Source: Octopus sinensis
Taxonomy: Eukaryota
Assembly: GCF_006345805.1 (NCBI RefSeq)
Contig: NC_043000.1
Coordinates: 29,884,001-29,948,000 of the forward strand
Reading direction: 5' to 3'
Length of the DNA: 64,000 nt
The notes below the pieces were generated by a model. It was not told where the DNA came from. It made no database searches and was given only the letters and a program-made list of their open reading frames with translations. Position numbers and translations under genes: made by a program. Shown one piece after another: positions 24,611 through 36,306 of the stretch. Positions within the stretch are counted from its first letter, which is position 1. Every line of letters begins with the position of its first letter.

Positions 24611-25184
24611 GTATGTATGTATGTATGTTTGTATATATGCATATATAGATACATAGGTAGATAGACAGACAGATATATAAAGATATACATATATACATAC
24701 ATATGTGTGTGTGAGTGTTTGTGTATATGTATGTGTATGTGTGTATATATATATATATGTATATATATGTATATATATATATATATATATATGTATATAA
24801 ATAGATAGATACGTATATAAATGTGGATTGACGGCTGTATATCGCTTTAGTGGGATTTTTCGATCCGAGAATTTACCCCCGCCAAATCAATGACATTTAC
24901 GTCGTGTTCTTCTAACACAGGCTCTCAGGTGATAGGGGAGACCTAGGTTTGCGTAGGCCTAGGTTTGTTTGAAATAGTTTTTAAAAATTTACACCTGATC
25001 GTTGATCTGCTTGTTAAGTTGTTGTTGTTGTTTTACTGTTGTTGACTTCTCTTTTCATTCTTGATTGACGTGTTTCATGACCCTCGTCTTTTTTTGTCTT
25101 TTTCCACATATGGGATTAAAAAAAGTTGTTTGTATTCTGCAGAATAATATATTTATAGAAATAATATATATGTATGCACACACA

Positions 25185-25234
<50 letters not shown>

Positions 25235-25450
25235 AACACACTGATGCACACACTGATACACACACACATATATATATATATATAGACATACACATTATCA
25301 TATATATAGTAGGGACGCGGTTCGTAATCCCCAGGATTTTATGCAATTTATATTCCACTGATACGCGTAGGCTTATAATGCACACACACACACAAAATCC
25401 CATACTCACGCATATGTACACGTACACACACGTCCATACGAACGCACACG

Positions 25451-25529
<79 letters not shown>

Positions 25530-25534
<5 letters not shown>

Positions 25535-25710
25535 GAACGAAGACGGGTGTGTAAACAACAAACAGATGTATTAGTTTAACGCTCGGGAAGTGAGAAAGTC
25601 TTTGACGTTTCGAGCCTCCTCTCTTCGACAGAAAGGAACAGTGAAAGAAACAGGGAGAGAAAATAGAAAAAGGTTTAGTGGCTAGCGATCTATCATGGCG
25701 AATCATGACA
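25530..25710 (-). mobile_element. Short non-coding Penelope-type element between (TA)n and (CA)n
   Basis: Homologous to 7375-7563. Confidence 0.7.
25600..25635 (-). ncRNA. Minimal hammerhead-like motif, variant core CUGUCGA
   Basis: CUUU-CUGUCGA-A-GAG(AGGAGG)CUC-GAAA-C-GUC^AAAG: perfect 4-bp helix I, palindromic ACGU, canonical GUC triplet. Confidence 0.55.
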
Positions 25711-26260
25711 CACACACACACACACACACATATATACATATATGAAAGGGCCTCCGTACTATTTTCACTTCTCAAATTTCAGTCGTTAGTTGTGAGTCGA
25801 CCGGGGTCTATAATACAGTAACTAGCAGCTGCGCAATGGAATCGAACTCGGAAACACGCGGGTTCAAAGGAAACTTCTTAAACGACATAAGCGATGGTGT
25901 GATTCAAAAGTTTTCTTAGTTTCTGAATTTACCACTTACTTGTTTCAGTCACAAGACTGCGGCCATGTTAGGGCACCGTTTTGAAGAATTTTTGTCCAAG
26001 GAATCGATCCCAGTCATTTTTTTAAGCGTCGTACCTATTTTGTTTATAACTTTTGCGGAACCGCTGAGTTACGTGGACGTAAACACACCAACACCGGTTG
26101 TCAAGCGGTAGTGAGGGACAGACACACCCTGAAAGACACACACACACACGCGCGCACGTAAATATATATTTATGTATATAAGTACATGCATACATACATA
26201 CATACATACATACATACACACACATAAAAACGCACACATACACATTCATATATATACGTA

Positions 26261-26791
26261 CAGGGTGGCCCAAAAGTAGGTTTACCGTTATCACGTAGGC
26301 TCTTTAAAATTCTTTTAAAATATTTTATTGTATTTAATTTTCTACCTTACAATCATATTGTTTATGCACATCTTAAACAGACAATGTTTAATCACTCAGA
26401 TGCTCGAAATGTCCTCCTTCAACATTGCAACATTCTTCAAACCTCTTCAGAACACTCTGACATCACAGTGTAGGACAAATTCCGATCGCCATCAATTTAA
26501 GTGAATGCGTCAGAAATGTAATCTTTTAATTCATTTACTGTTTTGAGATTCTTCTCATAGACCTTGTTCTTTACAACACCCGCCAAAAAGAAATCCATTG
26601 GTGTCAGCCCAGGTGAATGTGGTGGCAAGGCTTGGTTTAAGGTGGTCTCTTACTACCCACGCATAATGTGGAATTGCTCCATTTTGCTGAATAATGGTTT
26701 CATTTTTTTTTATAATCAAGATCTAAGCTGTTAATATATGAATGCGAAAGAGATTGGTGAATAACTGTAAACCTACTTTTGGGCCACACTG
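26261..26791 (-). mobile_element. Non-autonomous Tc1/mariner element (531 bp)
   Basis: TIRs cagggtggcccaaaagtaggtttac / gtaaacctacttttgggccacactg with TA on both sides. Minus-strand remnant SPGLTPMDFFLAGVVKNKVYEKNLKTVNELKD (SPDLxPxDFFLWG motif). Confidence 0.88.
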
Positions 26792-27156
26792 TATATATTC
26801 GATTTACGACAGACGAATATGGAAGAGACGAGGATATTTATCGGTCTATACAATTGTTTCGACTCATTTAGCATTGAAGGTGGGACAATAGACATTTGTT
26901 TTAGGTGTATCCCTCGGTGTAGGTGTCTCTCCACAGGTGATGTCAAGGAGTAGCTCGTTAAAATAAGCTCTGTTTCTCAAGATTTCTTCTTGATTTTCGT
27001 ATATTAAAATATAATATTAAGGTATACAGCTTCAGCCTTATAGAAGATGTGTAACAAATACGAGATACAAAAAGAAATATATACAGCGAAAAAAGTATTA
27101 TATATAACCGTTCGTAGATATGGAAGTAGAAAAGCCCACACATTCGTGGTCTGTCT

Positions 27157-27290
27157 CTAATTCATGTCCGTTGAATTGTGCGAAAGTGAATTTTGTAGCA
27201 TGCAAATATCTTGAGAGTATTTCAGAAATCCTATTAACCAGCTTCTCCTTATTTCACAAAATTTCTCAGAGCGTAGCGGGCATGAATTAG
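27157..27290. mobile_element. Possible small MITE
   Basis: Terminal inverted repeat ctaattcatgtccgttg / tagcgggcatgaattag. Confidence 0.45.
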
Positions 27291-27325
27291 GGTGATCGTT
27301 GACTAAAATAATAACCACACCTTAC

Positions 27326-27519
27326 CTCCCTACTTTTTATAAACACAGTGCCACACTTGTTACCAACATCACTGGGATACCCCTGAGCCATTGTATACCG
27401 CTTAAAGTGATAAAGGTACTGATTTGCGTCTCTCAATAAGTATCCTTCACCAAGGGACGAAAACGCAGAAAAGTTACGCCTATCTACACTGGAGATCCTA
27501 ACCCAGGCATTGATGCATC
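27326..27519 (-). CDS. Candidate 194-nt internal exon ((G)CINAWVRISSVDRRNFSAFSSLGEGYLLRDANQYLYHFKRYTMAQGYPSDVGNKCGTVFIKSRE)
   Basis: 64 uninterrupted codons ending exactly at a consensus donor GAG|gtaagg. Acceptor cctgcag| has a weak pyrimidine tract. Not in the ORF track because it lacks an early start codon. Confidence 0.4.
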
Positions 27520-27714
27520 CTGCAGGCTATCGGCTGATTCATTAGTCGTTCATTAAAAAAATACACATCTACTACGTTCGTATTTATGTCCGTAATTATG
27601 ACTGTACAACAGCTATAAATATACCAAAAAGACCTAGTGAACAGCTCCACAGAATCTGTGACTCCTCACCTAGCCTGTATGTATACGACGGATTTTCTTT
27701 ATTACTTGAAGTCT

Positions 27715-27715
27715 G

Positions 27716-27762
<47 letters not shown>

Positions 27763-27814
27763 GATATATATATATATATAGTCTATCTCTCTCTTTCTCT
27801 TCCTCTCACCCTTC

Positions 27815-27879
<65 letters not shown>

Positions 27880-27960
27880 ATATATATATATAATATATAA
27901 TATATATATATATAATATATATATACATATATATATATACATACATACATACATGCATAC

Positions 27961-28010
<50 letters not shown>

Positions 28011-28030
28011 CATACATACATGTATACATA

Positions 28031-28084
<54 letters not shown>

Positions 28085-28130
28085 TATATTATATATATAT
28101 ATAATATATATTATATATATATATATATAT
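27715..28130. repeat. (TA)n-dominated microsatellite block
   Basis: Direct reading. Confidence 0.97.
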
Positions 28131-28774
28131 GTACATATTTGTACATTTTAGTATTAATAAGCAACGTAAACTGATTACAGATGTACAGATGTAGAAAATA
28201 TTTTTTCTTTTTTTTGTATCCTGTTAATTCCGACAACATGAACTGCGGAGATCTCAGGAAAAGAATTACCTATCAGAAATATATATGAGAGAAAAAAATC
28301 ATGTTATAGTCCTTTTGAAGTGCGGTAACGGTCTCCTATAATGATGGTTAAAAAAAAACCATTCTACTCAACAGCCAAATACTTTAGATGAAAGTAAATA
28401 ACATAAGTTATTATTTGGTAGAATTGATGTAAGTGAATTAAAACCATTTTCCTCTTTAGCTTTCTATTTCTTCAAAAACACCCAAATATGAAAGGTTACT
28501 AAAATAAACAATATTTGGCTAAAGCTGGATTAAACTTACAATTTGGTGAAATGTTTTCACTGATATGTTTGTGGAACCAAGCGTTGGAAATATTTAGATA
28601 ACTTTTATATTTCTGGAAGTTCAAACAAAATATAAATATTTAAAAATTGTGTCATTGGTATAATATGTATGAGAGAGAAATGTCGGAGAGGAAAGGATAT
28701 AATTACTTTAAAATGCCAACTCTCTCGCAGTGTTAACATAGGCAATGTTGCAGTGAATTAGATTTAGTTTTCAG

Positions 28775-28823
28775 ATTCATTCGTGTTAATGAAATCTTCA
28801 ATGATTTGAAAGCCACGTTTTGA
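28775..28823 (+). CDS. Candidate terminal exon (phase 2: (R)FIRVNEIFNDLKATF*) followed by ~1 kb 3'-UTR-like sequence
   Basis: Acceptor gatttagttttcag|. 28824-29820 is repeat-free and AU-rich with several AATAAA motifs. Confidence 0.25.
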
Positions 28824-29955
28824 TAAAGAGAAAAATAAATGAATGTTAAAAGTTAGATATTTTTAATAATTATCTTATCAGTGGTGACTTTAATAACTGT
28901 TGTCCTTTAGTAACAGTTACATACTCATAACAAATTGATAAGAGGTTGTTTTATTATAGCAAAGATGCCAAAGACTTGAGAGCTATTGGACCTTAATACG
29001 TTTTTAATTATGATACCTAAATAAGGGAGCGTTAGTGAGTTTAGTCCAATTCCATTTGTTGAAATTCAGTATAAGGTTCATAAATTTAAAGTATAAATCT
29101 TGTGATACCTGTGAATGGCTCTGTTAGCTGAATCTAGTAAAGTGGCCATGTTTTAGCAGAAGTATTGATATCGTTTAATATGACAGAATTTGATTTCATA
29201 TAGATTAATGATCGATAGTAAGTTTGTTGATAATATATATAAGCTGTTTCCTTTCATCTGAAATAACAAAAAGCGATGCTGTTCGTTTTCAACTTTTTAA
29301 TTTTGTTCCAAAGTTATTTCTGAAACTAGTTTGATAAGTTCATATCAACGCTCTAAAAAATGTCTTTTGCTTGTTTTAAACAGCTTTCTTTTTTTTTAAA
29401 TCTTATTTCTAAGCTCTTTCTGGAATGGGTTGATATTTCTTCGAAATTTAATATTTTTTGATCATGAAGAATGAATCGACTTCAAACGATTGTATTAAGT
29501 TGTTAGCAGAAGGACATTTGATCGCTTTCCAAATCATATTTATGTTCTGTTGTATCTTCAAATAAAATTTACAAATACAAAGTAAAAATAAAAATGAATT
29601 GAACACTTAATCCCCTTGATAGAATGTTCGGTTTTCTGTAGTAAACATTTTAGACAGATTTACAGACTTTAATTTGTGGGAGAGGAATGTTTTCCATACA
29701 AAGCTGTATTTATTATTGTTACATTTATTGAGTTTATAAATGGCCTTACATAACAAGAGAGTTTATTCATTAATATATAAATGTTGTGCTTTTATTTATA
29801 TACCAAAACAAAAGATTAACTGAGTAATGAAGTTACGTAGACAGCCTCTGTATGTATATGTGCGTGTGTGTAGGACGTGTGTGTATGTGCATACAGGTTG
29901 GGGTGTATGTTTATATGAATTCAAAAAAAGTGTATCCATTTGTGCATGTGAGCGT

Positions 29956-29991
<36 letters not shown>

Positions 29992-30133
29992 TATGAAATT
30001 TATCTCACCTCATCTAAGCTAAGTACACAACACTGAAAGTGCTCAATAACCGCTTACAAATACTGGTAAATTATTTACGAATTGGAGCTATGATAGAAGT
30101 CTAACTTATGGTATTCATCACTTTGGTCTAAAG

Positions 30134-31041
30134 CAGTGTTCTCAAAGTGGGCAGTATTGCCCATCGTGGAGCGATGGAAAGTGCCAAGGGGGTGTTAAAG
30201 AAAAGTGGAACGATAATGGAGTAGCGATTCATGGGAAAAGTGGGACGATAATGGGGTAGCGATTCATGTGAAAAGTGGGACGATAATGGGGTAGCGATTC
30301 ATGGGAAAAGTTGGAGGATAATGGGGTAGCGATTCATGGGAAAAGTGAGACGATAATGGGGTAGCGATTCATGTGAAAAGTGGGACGATAATGGGGTAGC
30401 GATTCATGGGAAAAGTTGGAGGATAATGGGGTAGCGATTCATGGGAAAAGTTGGAGGATAATGGGGTAGCGATTCATGGGAAAAGTGGGACGATAATGGG
30501 GTAGCGATTCATTTGAAAAGTGGGACGATAATGGGGTAGCGATTCATGTGAAAAGTGGGACTATAATGGGGTAGCGATTCATGTGAAAAGTGGGACGATA
30601 ATGGGGTAGCGATTCATGGGAAAAGTGGGACGATAATGGGGTAGCGATTCATGGGAAAAGTGGGATGATAATGGGTAGCGATTCATGGGAAAAGTGGGAC
30701 GATAATGGGGTAGCGATTCATGGGAAAAGTGGGACGATAATGGGGTAACGATTCATGGGAAAAGTGGGACGATAATGGGGTAGCGATTCATGGGAAAAGT
30801 GGGACGATAATGGGGTAGCGATTCATGTGAAAAGTGGGACTATAATGAGGTAGCGATTCATGTGAAAAGTGGGACGATAATGGGGTAGCGATTCATGTAA
30901 AAACAACATGTGAAGTCCAGTTGCTTTGAATTTGCTTCAGAAAGAGGTCTATGGTTGTAATAGCTAGTTGGGGTGGGGGCGCTAGGAATATGGCCTCGGT
31001 GTCAATAGGGCGGCAACCCGAAGATGTTTTGGGAACAACTG
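30134..31041. mobile_element. hAT (Charlie-like) non-autonomous element, 908 bp
   Basis: TIRs CAGTGTTCTCAAA / TTTGGGAACAACTG. Perfect 8-bp TSD GTCTAAAG at 30126-30133 and 31042-31049. Confidence 0.92.
30201..30899. repeat. 35-bp minisatellite, 20 copies, inside the hAT element
   Basis: Unit AAAAGTGGGACGATAATGGGGTAGCGATTCATG(G/T)G. 699 bp = 19 x 35 + 1 x 34. No spacers. Confidence 0.97.
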
Positions 31042-31518
31042 GTCTAAAGTAATGTGGTGTAAGACATTTTGGCTGTTAAAACTCGTTGGTCTAAATCAGT
31101 TTTTACCTAACACCACGTTGTGCTTGTAACACATTTAAAATATTTGTCCATCCTCTTTGTAACTACATCACAGATTGATGATTGGCAGAAGTGATAGAAG
31201 ACAGTAGTTGTTATAGTGGTGGTAGCGGTGTTGGGAATGGTAGGAACGGAGACGGCGGTGTTTGTCATCGATGTGGTCTTGGCGATTGCGGTGATTGCAT
31301 CAAGTTCTATTAAAACTATTTAAAATCAGAGTACACACACACACACACACACACAAACAAACAAATACACACGCATGTATTTATGTGTATGTGTATGTGT
31401 ATGCGTATGTAGGTATAAATGTGTGTATACAGTAATCCCTCGTCTATCGCGGATGTTATGTTCCACCCCACCACGAGATCGGTGAAAATCTGCGAAGTAG
31501 AACCACTACTGTACTGTA

Positions 31519-31936
31519 TACTCTTACTCTTTTACTCTTTTACTTGTTTCATTCATTTGACTGCGGCCATGCTGGAGCACCACCTTTAGTCGAGCAACTC
31601 GACCCCGGGACTTATTCTTTGTAAGCCCAGTACTTATTCTATCGGTTTCTTTTGCCGAACCGCTAGGTGACGGCGACGTAAACACACCAGCATTGGTTGT
31701 CAAGAAATGCTAGGGGGACAAACACAGACACACAAACATACACGCACATACATATATATACATATATACGACGGGCTTCTTTCAGTTTCCGCCTACCAAA
31801 TCCACTCACAAGGCTTTGGTCGGCCCGAGGCTATAGTAGAAGACACTTGCCCAAGGTGCCACGCAGTGGGACTGAACCCGGAACCATGTGGTTGGTAAAC
31901 AAGCTACTTACCACACAGCCACTCCTGCGCCTATAC
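31519..31936 (-). mobile_element. Near-intact SINE family B copy
   Basis: Minus strand: head gtataggcgcaggagtggctgtgtggtaag...ggttccgggttcagtcccactgcgtggcaccttgggcaagtg, internal (TA/TG)n, tail (aaaagagt)n. Confidence 0.92.
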
Positions 31937-31944
31937 TATTTTAC

Positions 31945-32302
31945 TCTTTTACTGTTTCAGTCATTTAACTGCGGCCATGCTGGAGCACCGCCTTTAGTCG
32001 AGCAACTCGACCCCGGGACTTATTCTTTTTATAAGCCCAGTACTTATTCTATCGGTCTCTTTTTGCCGAACCGCTAAGTGACGGCGACGTAAATACACCA
32101 GCATCGGTTGTGTCAAGCAATGCTAGGGGGACAAACACAGACACACAAGCATACACGCACATATATACACGCACATATATACGACGGGCTTGTTTCAGTT
32201 TCCATCTACCAAATCCTCTCACAAGGCTTTGGTCGGCCCGAGGCTATAGAAGAAGACACTTGCCCAAGGTGCTACGCAGTGGGACTGAACCCGGAACCAT
32301 GT
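31945..32302 (-). mobile_element. Second, head-truncated SINE family B copy directly adjacent
   Basis: High similarity to 31519-31936. Confidence 0.9.
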
Positions 32303-32403
32303 GCAGATATGAGTAGAGTATGGGGACCGGTATTAAGAAAGAATAGGAAAAAAATTAGATTTATAAGCCCTAAAATTCACTCCATAATTGCCCAAAGACA
32401 CAT

Positions 32404-32605
32404 GACGTAGTGGCTAAGAGCGCCGGCTACTAACCCCAAGATCCCAAGTTCGATTCCAGGTAGTGACCTGGATAATAATAATAATAAGAAGAAGAAGAAA
32501 AAGATGAATCAAGTTCGAAATTCCCCCAGGACACCTCATGAAGGCTGGAGGGTATATTTATATCAGCCGAAACGTTGTGTTGACAACAAACAAGATGAGG
32601 ACAAT
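32404..32605 (+). mobile_element. tRNA-headed SINE with a hammerhead-containing (Penelope-type) tail
   Basis: A-box-like TAGTGGCTAAGAGCG and B-box GTTCGATTCC, then (AAT)n(AAG)n, then the motif below. Confidence 0.75.
32531..32580 (+). ncRNA. Type-I hammerhead motif (this copy has a G5C core substitution)
   Basis: ACAC-CUCAUGA-A-GGCUG(16-nt loop)CAGCC-GAAA-C-GUU^GUGU: perfect 4-bp helix I, 5-bp helix II, palindromic ACGU helix III. Confidence 0.65.
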
Positions 32606-33719
32606 TATTTCGCTTAAGAACACCACACACCGTCAGGTTAGGGAATCGAAACTCCGATTCTACGATTGTAAGTGTGACACTCTTACCAGAAGGGCACACG
32701 CCTTCATATATCCGTGAATGTGGCGGTTTGGGACGTATTCGATCCTGTCTCTTCGATTATGCCTGACTCAAACCTAAACAAAAAAGTCTGAAACTACATC
32801 CTGCAAACCAAGTCCACCCATTCGCTATTTTTCTACCAGATTGCATTTTTTTGTTCGTCTAACCAATCACGTTGTCTTTCCTAATCTCTTTCAGCTATTT
32901 CATTTTATGCCTAACCAAATATTTAATTGTTTCATAGATACCCAGTGCATATCATTCTCTTTTCTTATCTATTGATATTATCTCTTTTAGTCTTGAATTA
33001 GTTTGCTTTTGATGGACAGTTATTGCGTTCATATGAAAACATTCAGTTCGACTTTAAGGTTTGTCTCTTACAAGCAATTTCTATGATTTATTCCAAACCA
33101 CTTACTCCATTTTTCTCCCTTTGATATCATCTCGTTATATATTTCTTTCTTTGATGCCGTCTTCTTTTACCATTTCCGTCTTTTGCACACGTTATATTTT
33201 CTATGGCTATTACAAAAACATCAAATTTTTTTCTCTGCTAGTTGAGATCACTTTTATTTGTTCCACAACCAACTCAAATTATATAAACCTATACGTTAGT
33301 AAGTCCTCATCGACCATTCTCTTGAATTATCAGGTCCATACTCTTTTCAACCAACATTCACCATCGTTTTTACTTATCATCTGCCACCTTTTCCTCGTAT
33401 GTAAAACCAATTCAAGTTATTTTAGAAAAACTGCAGCGCGGGCGTGGCTGTGCGATAAGAAGCTTGCTTCTCAGCCAGGTAGTTCTGGGTTCAGTCTCAC
33501 TACGTAGATCCTTGAGCAAGTGTCTTCTACTATAACCTCGGGCCGACGAAAGCTTTCTGAGTGGATTTGGTTGAATGAAACTGCTTAAAAACCGTCGTCG
33601 TGGTAACATCAACATTTTGTTTCTCTGCCCCAAGGCACATTCCTATCATGCCGGCTGAGTTCAATTCATTTAAGTCGAAAGACGTCTGTTGTGATGTCCT
33701 GTTATTGTTATTATTATTA

Positions 33720-33995
33720 CTATTGTTGTTGTTTTATCGTATTATTTTTGTATTCATATTCGTGTAACATCGTCTGTTTTTCCGTTCTTGTTTCGTATAA
33801 TTCGAAGCTTTTTTTCCAAGGAATCTAATGCGCTTAGCTTAGTTTTTCCTTGGGGCTGGCCAGATTGGATCAATCTCAAGATTAATCAGCCGAAATTGCG
33901 AGGATGATCCGGTTCTTGACTGAAGATTGAAGGCTTCGAATGATTCGTCCGTGTTTTTTGTATCGTCTTCTGAATGTTTTGCGTTCTTGTCCCAT
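33720..33995. mobile_element. Unclassified short interspersed element ending in (TA)n
   Basis: Structured non-coding sequence (ccaagga...tccttgg hairpin) abutting (TA)n. Family not established. Confidence 0.35.
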
Positions 33996-34020
33996 ATATA
34001 TATATATATATATATATATG

Positions 34021-34146
34021 TAGGTCCCGGGTTGATTCGGGGTTAACCACAGTAAATAAGGTACTCAATACATAGCAGAGTAAAATTAATTTATTATATA
34101 GAAGGAGCTTCTACAGTTCTAGTCCTGTAGAAGCTCCTTCTATATA

Positions 34147-34152
<6 letters not shown>
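34021..34152. mobile_element. Short element in (TA)n ending in a perfect 28-bp inverted repeat
   Basis: atttattatatagaaggagcttctacag (34089-34116) / 8-nt loop / exact reverse complement (34125-34152). Confidence 0.75.
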
Positions 34153-34233
<81 letters not shown>

Positions 34234-35184
34234 TCGTCTACATTGGCATGTGCCTTTATGTGGTTATACTACGTGGAAAAACACACACCAAGAGAGACAT
34301 TTTTGAATAAATAAAACAGAAACTTTTTTACAATGCTTCCTATCAAGACCGTTTCTAAATAATGCGTGTAGAAAGGTACAAAACACAGTGATATGAGTCT
34401 TTCATAAACAATTTATTCCTATACAGAGGTCATAAATAATGTTGTAAATTACGATATAGAACTGTAATCACAAAAATCTGTTAAAAAATTTTATTAACAA
34501 TTTTATATCTTCCACAAGTGTCTGTTATTTTTTTTTATTTTCCCACAAGGTGTTATTAGATATATTAAAAATATTTCTTTTAGAAATGGAGGTGTGACTT
34601 TGAGCCGCATCGAAAACATCAAAAATTCGGCACGTCGGACGGAGTCTTCCCCAAAGAATAATAATAATAATAATAATCTTTTCTATTATAGGCATAAGAC
34701 CTGATATTTGAGTGATGGAGGAAGTCGATGACATCGACCCCATTGCGCAATTGGTGCTTATTTCATCGACCCCGAAAAAGATAAAAGGCAAAGTAGGCCT
34801 CGGTAGAGTTTGATCTTATAACATAAAAATGGCAGAATCGTTAGCACGCCGGGCATAATGCTTGGCGGCATTTCGTCCGTCATCATGAACTGAGTTCAAA
34901 TTCCACTGAGGTCGACATTGTCTTTCACCATTTCAGTGACGATAAAATTAGTACCAGTTATATACTGGGGTCAATAAAATCGATTTACCCCTTCCCTGAA
35001 ATTGCTGGCCTTGTACCTAAAGTATTATTATTATTATTATTTGTTTTAATTCAGGTTCGGTCTTATTCCTTGTGGGATTTATGTAGGAGAGCGGGTTACA
35101 GCCTTATAACCTTAAGTATCAACAATGTTAAGGGATTGTATTTTCTTACTTTTCATTCTCATTCCTTTCGATCCTAGAATAATG

Positions 35185-35233
<49 letters not shown>

Positions 35234-35235
35234 TG

Positions 35236-36165
35236 ATATTGCAAAGACAAAAGCAGATGAAAAATTTTCTAGCAGATGGGAACAGAAACCTCTGCATGGC
35301 AAGTATGTGGCTCGTAGCAAACAAGCTGATGTCGACCAGAAACACACGCATCAATGGTTACGAAGCTCAGGACTAAAAGCAGAGACTGAAGGTTTCGTAT
35401 TGACTGCTTAAGACCAAAGCTTATTAACCCGGAACTCCCAAGCCAATGTGATAAAAAAATGGAGCTGACCCAAAATGCTCATTCTGTAACAATGAGATTG
35501 AAACAATAGACCACCTAATCTCAGGGTGTAGAGTCTTAGTACCTGTAGAATATAAAGTAAAACATGACAGAGTCGGCCAGTATTTTCACTGGACAATATG
35601 TCGGCATTATAAAATCAAAACCGCTGACAAATGGTATAAACACCATCCTGAAGCTGTGACTGAGGGAGAAAATATGTCAATTCTCTGGGACTTCACAATC
35701 AATCAGTTCCATGTAGCCATAACAGAAGTTGCTGGAAAAATATATGGGATAGGCTTATGAAAGGAACACCAAAATGAGACCGAGGGCACTATACTGACAG
35801 CACAAGACCAAACTTTGGCCACGAACTGGAAGGTCAACCACTGGAATGAGTAAGATAGATATATACAACTCTCTTAAGTACAAAATATACCGGATATGTA
35901 AAATGAAGACAGGGAAGATATTGCTAATTATTGTTAGATCCTGGGGAAAAGTATCAGAAGGCATCAATAGAAATATAAAGGAAATTGGAATAGAGTACTC
36001 AGGAGAACTGTTACAAAAGGTGTGCCTCCTTGGCATGGCCAGAATATTCAGGGGAAGTATTAGATAGCTGAAAAGAACGAATAGCAAGGTGCTGTAGGCC
36101 ACAGTTAGTAAGCCCATACGCATGCAAAACTCCAAGAGCTCCATCAAAACTTGTGATAAAGAGAA
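35236..36165 (+). mobile_element. R4/Dong-clade (RLE) non-LTR retrotransposon 3' fragments between (TAA)n arrays
   Basis: RWEQKPLHGKY...WLRSSGLKAETEGF..A*DQ...CSFC...ETIDHLISGC...HDRVGQYFHWTICRHY...ILWDF, then a more diverged piece ending LLQKVCLLGMARIFR. (ATA)n at ~35178-35235 and 36195-36312. Confidence 0.85.
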
Positions 36166-36195
36166 AATAACAACAACAACAAAAACAATAACAAC

Positions 36196-36271
<76 letters not shown>

Positions 36272-36272
36272 T

Positions 36273-36306
<34 letters not shown>

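Noticed and set aside
28141-29820. Conserved bilaterian miRNA hairpins
   Set aside because: No mature sequence I know was recognised and no convincing stem was found; a by-eye scan is not exhaustive.
30201-30899. CRISPR-like array (35-bp period)
   Set aside because: No unique spacers, no cas genes, eukaryotic context, and it lies inside a hAT element.
32404-32465. tRNA genes at SINE heads (also 55790, 42250-42320, 15505)
   Set aside because: No complete cloverleaf or acceptor stem; they run into SINE bodies.
33880-33960. Possible permuted hammerhead (cagccGAAA...CTGAAGA)
   Set aside because: Helix II is not adjacent to the core and helices I/III cannot be formed.
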